A stretch of DNA of 5,894 nt, from contig NW_021829524.1 in assembly GCF_006345805.1 (NCBI RefSeq), forward strand, positions 1 to 5,894, given 5' to 3'. This document shows positions 1-5,734 of the stretch, in pieces. Source of the DNA: Octopus sinensis. Lineage: Eukaryota. The translations under genes were made by a program, and so were the position numbers. The stretch's first letter is position 1. Each line of letters starts with the position of its first letter. The notes beneath the pieces were generated by a model. That model was given only the letters and a program-made list of their open reading frames with translations, was not told the DNA's origin and ran no database searches.

Positions 1-24
1 ATGTGCTTGTCTTTTATTGTTGTC

Positions 25-310
25 TGTGTACACATACACACACACGGGCTTGCGCGCACACATGTATACACACACACTTATATACACACATAAACATACA
101 TACATACATACAGACAGACAGACAGACATACACACATATATACATACATACACACACACATACATACAAAGAGATATAACTGAATGAACACACACACATG
201 TATATATATACACATAAACATACATATATACACATGCACATGTACATATACATACACACATACATACACAGGTACGTACATACGTACATACATAAATGCA
301 TACAAGTATA
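25..310. repeat. Compound degenerate microsatellite (CA)n/(TACA)n/(GACA)n abutting the 3' tail of the minus-strand SINE
   Basis: Directly visible runs of acac, taca and gaca (e.g. cagacagacagacagac at ~111-127). Explains ORFs 14..397, 78..305 and 184..402. Confidence 0.95.
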
Positions 311-586
311 TTCTGTTATTCTTTTACTTGTTTCATTCATTTGACTGCGGCCATGTTGGAGCACCGCCTTTAGTCGAACAAATCGACCCCAGGACATTGT
401 AAGCCTAAAATTTATTCTATCGGTGTCTTTTGCCGAACCACTAAGTTACGGGGACGTAAGCATAACATCGACTGTCAAGCGACGGTAGAAGGACAAACAC
501 AAGCACACAAACACACACATAAGTGCATATATACGATGGGTTTCTTTCAGCTTCCGTCTACCAATTCCACTCACAAGTCTTTGGTC
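311..586 (-). mobile_element. tRNA-derived SINE family A, 5'-truncated copy (no tRNA head)
   Basis: Reverse complement of 533-586 matches 3588-3641 of the full copy at 48/54 nt. Reverse complement of 321-381 matches 3803-3863 at 58/61 nt. An internal CA/TA tract (~495-533) sits at the same position as the (TA)n in the full copy. Confidence 0.93.
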
Positions 587-666
587 AACAACTATTAAAA
601 AGGTTGCAAGACGCAACGAAAGAGGTTCAAAGATGGAATGCATCCACCAAAATAAAGCACAAAATA

Positions 667-726
667 CAAACAAACAAACAAACAAACAAACAAACAAACA
701 TACATACATAAATACATACATACATA
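667..726. repeat. (CAAA)8 grading into (TACA)n microsatellite
   Basis: Perfect CAAA x8 at 667-698 followed by catacata... to 726. Confidence 0.95.
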
Positions 727-837
727 GACATCACTGGAACTGTAAAAATCTGTAAAACTTTGTAGAAGTTTAGCATTTAAATATATATGACCATGTCTAG
801 ACGTGTAACTATAAGCATGAGATTACATACAAATCTG

Positions 838-1158
838 CACATATACATACATACATACATACATACATACATACATACATACTTACATATATATATACAT
901 ACATACATACATATATACATACATAAATATATACATACATGCATACATACATACATGAATGCATGCATACATACAAAAATACGTAGTACATACATACATG
1001 CATATATACACACATGGATATATACATACATACATGCGTACATACATAGATGCATACCTACATACATAGATGCATACCTACATGCATACATACTTGAATA
1101 CATACATACATGCACAAATACACGAATACATTCATACATGCATACATACATACATACA

Positions 1159-1192
<34 letters not shown>

Positions 1193-1241
1193 CATACATA
1201 CATACTTACATGCGTACATACGTACATACGTACATACGCAT
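838..1241. repeat. Long degenerate (TACA)n array with TGCA/TACG variant units and local higher-order duplications
   Basis: ~400 bp of cata/taca units; exact 20-mer duplication at 1041-1080; (CGTACATA)3 at 1213-1236. Explains ORFs 777..1199, 787..1269, 809..1027 and 1058..1297. Confidence 0.96.
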
Positions 1242-1485
1242 AGAAACAGTGTTGTCATCTGAGCAGTAGGAGTCTGAGTGTATATAAAGGAAAACAATTA
1301 AAACAGTGAATGAGTCAAGGACTTTAAGTTGTCGACGTTTGTTGGAAGGAAGAAATAAGACAAGCAATTGTTAACTCCTGTTACACTCAATTTATGAATC
1401 ATACATGTTTAGTGTATATACACTCACAGACACAAGCACGCGTGCGCATATACGCATATGAACTCTTACACACGGTATATATATA

Positions 1486-1673
1486 TATCTGTAAATTAAT
1501 ATGTGACAATTATTCAGTAGCCAAGATAAAGCACCCCACCATCTCTTCGGTTATCTGCCTATCAGATGGCCAGATAACCGAAGAGATGGTGGTGTGGATT
1601 TCCTAACTCGACACCCGAAACTCAGAGTTTTATCTTGGCTACTGAATAATTGTCACATATTAATTTACAGATA
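1486..1673. mobile_element. Palindromic foldback / MITE-like non-autonomous DNA element with nested inverted repeats
   Basis: Perfect 45-bp inverted repeat 1486-1530 / 1629-1673 (TATCTGTAAATTAATATGTGACAATTATTCAGTAGCCAAGATAAA). Inner inverted repeat 1532-1557 / 1571-1596 (25/26, with 22 bp perfect). TA at both outer ends; no coding capacity. The inverted repeats are certain; the MITE call and true ends are inferred. Confidence 0.75.
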
Positions 1674-1733
1674 AATTCCTCTATTTACATAATATTGCGG
1701 TCCCTTTCTTTCTTTTGTTATCTTACCATTTTT

Positions 1734-1738
<5 letters not shown>

Positions 1739-1811
<73 letters not shown>

Positions 1812-1838
1812 TGTATGTATGTATGTATGTATATGTAT
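1739..1838. repeat. (TA)20 followed by (TATG)12 microsatellite
   Basis: Perfect TA run 1739-1778 and TATG run 1782-1829. Confidence 0.97.
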
Positions 1839-2024
1839 TATTAAGGTGGTTATTCGCAATTTACAACCAAAAGGCAACGAATATAGTCGCCACTAAAGTG
1901 ACGGAGGGTGCTAGAGTTAGCACCAGCATTTGCTAGAAATAATAGTCAAAACAACTCTTAGCCAAGTGAGAGCACTTTTCTAAAGACTGACAAAGAAGAC
2001 AAACTCACTACGGCAAGCGATATG

Positions 2025-2074
2025 ATGTCAATTCAGCGCTGATTTCAGATTTGATTGATCTTCATCAGTGACAC
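2025..2074 (-). ncRNA. Candidate type I hammerhead ribozyme (degenerate or variant: A in place of conserved U16.1)
   Basis: Minus strand reads gtgtca-CTGATGA-agat(caatcaa)atct-GAAA-tcagcgctga-A-T-tgacat: stem I 6 bp (5 WC + 1 GU), core CUGAUGA, stem II 4 bp, GAAA, palindromic stem III. All elements are in the correct order and register except that position 16.1 (coordinate 2032) is A. Confidence 0.6.
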
Positions 2075-2093
2075 GTTACTCCGTACCGAGCGT

Positions 2094-2105
2094 TATATAT
2101 ATGTG

Positions 2106-2151
<46 letters not shown>

Positions 2152-2218
2152 ATATATATCTATATATATAGTATGTATATATATATACATATATATATAT
2201 ATACGTATATAAATATAC
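2094..2218. repeat. Interrupted (TA)n microsatellite
   Basis: Directly visible TA runs with occasional G/C interruptions. Confidence 0.96.
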
Positions 2219-2220
2219 AG

Positions 2221-2347
2221 TCTTTCGTTTTTCTTTCTCTTATTCTTTTACCTCCTCTTCTCCCATTATTCTATCCTATTACTCTGTCACTCTCTCTCTC
2301 CCTCACTTCTCCCGCGTGACCAACGGCCATCTTTCTTTCTTTCTCTC
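2221..2347 (+). repeat. Pyrimidine-rich low-complexity tract (CT/CTTT-rich)
   Basis: Plus strand is almost entirely C/T over 2221-2313, with (CTTT)n at ~2331-2343. Confidence 0.8.
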
Positions 2348-2737
2348 CGTTGTAGCCGGAACAAAGAAGACATGTTCTTGTTTATCTCCTGTCCCAAGTT
2401 TGATTTACGAGTTCGCCACCACAACCTCGTTTAGACTTAGCAGCCCTTCCTGTTTGTTTTTACTGTCCTGTTTGTGTTAGCTATTTTGATCCTTCACAAA
2501 ATCCCAAATTTTATTTAATTTGCTTTGCTAGAGCAACTGTTTTATCGAGGGCGTATGTTATTGCTAAATGCTCGAAATCCGAGACTAGAAAAACAGCAAA
2601 CAACTGATGAAGGGTCGTTCTTTATGTTTGTTTTATTTTCCATTTGTGTCTTTCGTTGTTCGAAAGAATAGTTCATGTTCCACGTACTCGTGTTTCGTAC
2701 TTTTTTGTTACACACGTTTCCTGACGTCCTGTGCCCA

Positions 2738-2791
2738 CATATGCTTATATATACGTATAGATGTAAATACGTACATAAACGTATGTATATA

Positions 2792-2831
<40 letters not shown>
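2738..2831. repeat. TA-rich compound microsatellite including (TA)n ~2795-2823
   Basis: Directly visible; runs straight into the SINE 3' fragment. Confidence 0.93.
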
Positions 2832-2970
2832 GTGTCTGTGTTTGTTCACTCCAAATTGCTTGGCAACCGATGCAGGTGTGTTTGCTCGACTAAAGGTGGT
2901 GCCCCTGCATGGCCCCAGTCAAATGAATGAAACAAATAAAAGAATAAAAGAAAAGAATAACAAGAAAGAA
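2831..2970 (+). mobile_element. SINE family A 3' fragment with ~85-bp internal deletion
   Basis: 2831-2883 aligns to ~3667-3719 (ttgcttggcaaccgatgcaggtgtgttt vs ttgcttgacaaccgatgctggtgtgttt), then jumps to 3805 onward (gctcgactaaagg...cagtcaaatgaatgaaacaa). It ends in an A-rich (AAAAGAAT)-like tail. Confidence 0.9.
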
Positions 2971-3030
2971 TATATATGTATGTATGTATATATGTATGTG
3001 TATATATATATATATATGTATAATATATAT
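2971..3030. repeat. (TA)/(TATG) microsatellite following the SINE tail
   Basis: Directly visible. Confidence 0.92.
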
Positions 3031-3308
3031 TGCTGGCCCTGTGCAAGGATTAAAAAGGAATATTGTTATTGTTGGTAATCCTGTATAGACCCGGTTGGTC
3101 CTGATGTAGCCAACTTTCCCTTTCTCCATATTTCTGTGCGTTGTGTATCTAGGACTACAGTAACCAATGTGACCTTTTTTCTCAAAACAATAAAGCTTGA
3201 TTTGAGGGATATTTGGCTGGTATTTCTAACAGGACAAACGTCCACCGGCAGGCTCACACGCTGTGTAATATTCTCAATAAATGCGAAATTCCTTTATATC
3301 GTGAGTGA

Positions 3309-3325
3309 GGGTGGGACAGGGTGGG
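3309..3325 (+). other. Canonical G-quadruplex-forming motif GGG-T-GGG-ACA-GGG-T-GGG
   Basis: Four G3 tracts with loops of 1, 3 and 1 nt. The motif is certain; folding in vivo is not shown. Confidence 0.7.
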
Positions 3326-3334
3326 TTGTCGGAG

Positions 3335-3480
3335 TATGTATAGGAGTGTGCATGTGTGTATACATACATAAATGTGTGTAAATGTATACAGATTTGTATT
3401 ATATACTGAGTGAGAGTGATGTATGCTGATATACATGCACCCGCGCGCGCATACACACACACACACATTTATATATATGT
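3335..3480. repeat. Degenerate alternating purine-pyrimidine microsatellite (GT/TA/CA, with a (CG)4-like run)
   Basis: Directly visible, e.g. cccgcgcgcgcatacacacacacacac at ~3440-3467. Confidence 0.8.
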
Positions 3481-3483
3481 CAA

Positions 3484-3880
3484 GGAGTGGCTGTGTGGTA
3501 AGTAGCTTGTTTACCAACCACATGGTTCCGGGTTCAGTCCCACTGCGTGGCATCTTGGGCAAGTGTCTTCTACTATAGCCTCGGGCCGACCAAAGCCTTG
3601 TGAGTGGATTTGGTAGACGGAAACTGTAAGAAGCCCGTCGTATATATATATATATATATATATATGCGTGTGTTTGTTTGTCCCCCTAGCATTGCTTGAC
3701 AACCGATGCTGGTGTGTTTATGTCCCCGTTACCTAGCGGTTCGGCAAAAGAGACCGATGGAGTAACTACTGAGCTTACAAAAGAATAAGTCCCGGGGTCG
3801 AGTTGCTCGACTAAAGGCGGTGCTCCAGCATGGCCGCAGTCAAATGACTGAAACAAGTAAAAGAGTAAAAGAGTAAAGAG
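3484..3880 (+). mobile_element. tRNA-derived SINE family A, essentially full-length copy (octopus-type; may correspond to one of the OK/OR1/OR2 families, not assignable by eye)
   Basis: Pol III A box TGGCTGTGTGG (3488-3498) and B box GGTTCAGTCCC (3531-3541). The post-tRNA motif cttgggcaag is followed by a body, an internal (TA)n (3641-3665), a 3' hairpin gtcgag-ttg-ctcgac (3797-3811) and a short tandem tail (GTAAAAGA)n (3857-3880). Three other homologous copies lie in this window. No clear TSD. Confidence 0.93.
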
Positions 3881-3882
3881 AG

Positions 3883-3937
3883 CATATATATATATCTGTG
3901 GGTGTGGGTGTATGTGTGTGTATAAATATATGTGTGC
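3883..3937. repeat. (AT)n/(GT)n microsatellite following the SINE tail
   Basis: Directly visible. Confidence 0.88.
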
Positions 3938-4073
3938 GAATGGGTGTATGAATTTATCTTAATTGCTGTTTTGCAATTCGTTGGTTTCTTGTTCCACGGA
4001 TATTATCACTTGATAAATGGTATAATTGTTGATGTGGGTGGGAAAGTACATACATATACTGCATTCCTGCAGG

Positions 4074-4123
4074 TTGTCTGTCTATCTGTGTGTGTATGTG
4101 TGTGTGTGAGTGCGTGTGAGTGA
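4074..4123. repeat. (GT)n-based microsatellite
   Basis: gtctgtctatctgtgtgtgtatgtgtgtgtgtgagtgcgtgtgagtgag. Confidence 0.88.
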
Positions 4124-4254
4124 GTTTCTCAATAGGTACGTGCGTTGTTTTTTGTACGTAGATAGATGTACGTTTGGAGAACATAGAGGAAAACTTGGAT
4201 ATAAGTTTAATGAAACGATGAAACCGGAACACAGTCGTGTTTTCAGCGCACTAC

Positions 4255-4375
4255 TCATACATACATGCAAACATGCATTCATATATCAAATACCAATACA
4301 TGTGTGTGTGTGTGTGTATGTCTGTGTGTGTGATTGTATTGGATGTGTGTGTATATGTGCTTTTTATATATATAA
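4255..4375. repeat. Degenerate (CATA)/(GT)n/(TA) microsatellite
   Basis: Perfect GT run ~4301-4317 with degenerate flanks. Confidence 0.85.
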
Positions 4376-4466
4376 AAATTCAACACATACCCGAAGGATT
4401 TCTCAATACTTTAAGCAGAGCAAGAATTTATCAGTTTTGCTGGACAGTGACTTCGAAGGTTCGGCT

Positions 4467-4543
4467 TAGCAACTTCTTTCAGATTTTGGTCCCTCTGTCT
4501 TTATTTAGTTTTTGGCATACTGTCCTTTTTAGTAGACGGATTC
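4467..4543 (-). pseudogene. Possible decayed C-terminus of a Penelope-like GIY-YIG endonuclease
   Basis: Restoring one base near 4531 gives ESVY[I]KRTVCQKLNKDRGTKI*KKLL, which resembles the E-x3-I...LN-x-D-x-G terminal motif of Penelope endonucleases. The match is short, needs one frameshift and contains one stop. Confidence 0.3.
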
Positions 4544-4556
4544 ATGTGAATGAGAA

Positions 4557-5079
4557 TTAGGCGTAAGCATCTTGGACATCAAGTGGACGGACCATATCAC
4601 CAACACCGAAGTCCTCAACCAAGCCAAGATACCCAGCATACTCACCCTGCTCCAGCAACATTGCTTCCGCTGGTTCGGTCATGTACATTGCATGCCGGAC
4701 GGAAGAATTCCAAAAGTCTTCCTGTATGGGGAAATGGCCACCAGCATAAAAACATGAGGACGGCCTGATCTTCCTCTCAAGGACGTCTGTACGAGGGATA
4801 TGATGTCGCTTGATCTAGATGTCCTGAGATTGGAGGATATAGGAAATAATCGCCCATACTGGAGACAAATACTGCCAAAGGGTATGAAGCGAAAGGAAGG
4901 AAAAGCCAGTAGCGCCGGCAGAGAACTCCTTCAAATGCAGTCACTGTATGCGTGACTGCCACTCCCTTGTGGGCATGTGCAGCAACAATAGACGCTGCAC
5001 CACCATCAGCGGCTCACACAGTTTCTTTGGGCGCAGATCCATGGCTTCGCGAGACCGACGCATGCCTACTACTACCACT
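4557..5079 (+). mobile_element. 5'-truncated, inactivated non-LTR retrotransposon (RTE clade, BovB-like): C-terminal ORF region, zinc-finger remnant and 3' tail
   Basis: Frame from 4569 reads ILDIKWTDHITNTEVLNQAKIPSILTLLQQHCFRWFGHVHCMPDGRIPKVFLYGEMATSIKT*GRPDLPLKDVCTRDMMSLDLDVLRLEDIGNNRPYWRQ, matching the RTE post-RT motifs IL.I.W.D.ITN.EVL, RW.GHV..M.D.RIPK..LYGE, RGRP..KD and DR..WR. There is an in-frame TGA at 4755-4757. After a frameshift near 4890 the frame reads FKCSHCMRDCHSLVGMCSNNRRC (4930-4998). The element ends ...cgagaccgacgcatgcct(act)n at ~5067-5079. Confidence 0.9.
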
Positions 5080-5393
5080 CGTGGACAGAAGAAGTGGTAG
5101 CGTAGAAAACGGGGATTTGAAAAGGAGAAATATATATGTTTGTAGCATGTGGGTTGAGAGAAACTGACGGTGGTGACAGTTATGCTGGTTTGATAATGGG
5201 ATTTTGTTAATGTTTTAGAGTTAATAAGATGTCATGGTTGAGTAAAAAAAATGTCATATTCAGGTCACAATTTGAGTTGGCTGAAATTTTAACAGTTACT
5301 TATAGGTTTGTTCTTTAAACTGGCATCTTGACACTGTAGTGACCGAGTGTAGGACAATGCTAAGATATTCAATGCTACTCTCGCATTCATATA

Positions 5394-5560
5394 GGCAAAG
5401 GTGTAGAAGTGTGACTAGGAAGCTCACATGATTTCAACTACAGTGCCACTGCTCGGCGTCTTGGTCAAGTTGCTTCGAACTATATAGTTCCGAACTGACC
5501 AATACTTTGTGAGTGGATTTCGTAAACGGAAATCAAGACAGAAACTAAAGGAATTCTCGT
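5394..5560 (+). mobile_element. Old, highly diverged 5' half of SINE family A
   Basis: Collinear with 3484-3641: ccactgctcggcgtcttggtcaag vs ccactgcgtggcatcttgggcaag; gaccaatactttgtgagtggatttcgtaaacggaaa vs gaccaaagccttgtgagtggatttggtagacggaaa. The A and B boxes are eroded. Confidence 0.8.
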
Positions 5561-5708
5561 ACATTGGATGGCTGAGAGCACGACTTAGAAAATCGGGTAA
5601 ATATCCTTATAAGACAGAAAACAGAGGCCAGTAAACTTCTACAGAGAATCGACGTCTGTACCTCTAAAATTCCGACGCAATTTGAGAGGCACAAGGTTCG
5701 ATTTGAAG

Positions 5709-5734
5709 GGTACAATTAAAAGGTACAATTAAAA
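5709..5734. repeat. 13-bp perfect tandem duplication GGTACAATTAAAA x2 at the SINE B 5' junction
   Basis: 5709-5721 is identical to 5722-5734 and is followed immediately by the SINE's GG start. Confidence 0.95.

Noticed and set aside
14-1297. ORFs 14..397, 78..305, 184..402, 446..721, 523..711, 777..1199, 787..1269, 809..1027 and 1058..1297 as protein-coding genes
   Set aside because: The MYVC/HTYI-type peptides are translations of stop-free (TACA)n/(CA)n repeats and SINE sequence. There is no domain-like content.
1486-1673. CRISPR array or rho-independent terminator interpretation of the repeats
   Set aside because: The repeats are inverted rather than direct with spacers, the context is eukaryotic, and there are no cas genes.
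2574-2680. Plus-strand hammerhead built on CTGATGA at 2604-2610
   Set aside because: Neither the upstream GAAA (type II arrangement) nor the downstream GAAA at 2662-2665 (type I/III) gives paired stems I and II with a UH site in register.
3170-3260. Possible remnant of another interspersed repeat (ttgatttgagggatatttggctggtatttctaacagg)
   Set aside because: It seems familiar, but there is no second copy or diagnostic motif in the window. It needs a repeat-library search.
3484-3560. Functional tRNA gene
   Set aside because: A and B boxes are present, but there is no complete cloverleaf or acceptor stem, and the sequence continues into a SINE body found four times here. The same applies to 5735-5825.
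1394-4560. Remaining short ORFs (60-120 aa) between 1394 and 4560
   Set aside because: They run through TA/GT microsatellites, SINEs or the palindrome, many start at alternative codons, and none shows a recognisable domain or convincing exon boundaries.
4572-4757. ORF 4572..4757 as a host gene or active retrotransposon
   Set aside because: It is a fragment of a 5'-truncated RTE ORF with a premature stop and a downstream frameshift. The RT and endonuclease domains are absent.
5030-5079. RTE element as the partner LINE of SINE A
   Set aside because: The RTE 3' end (ccatggcttcgcgagaccgacgcatgcct(act)n) shows no convincing similarity to the SINE A 3' end (gcatggccgcagtcaaatgactgaaacaa(gtaaaaga)n) beyond CATGG.
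4952-5167. ORF 4952..5167 as a gene
   Set aside because: It is an off-frame reading of the RTE 3' end plus flank; the zinc-finger-like motif is in a different frame.
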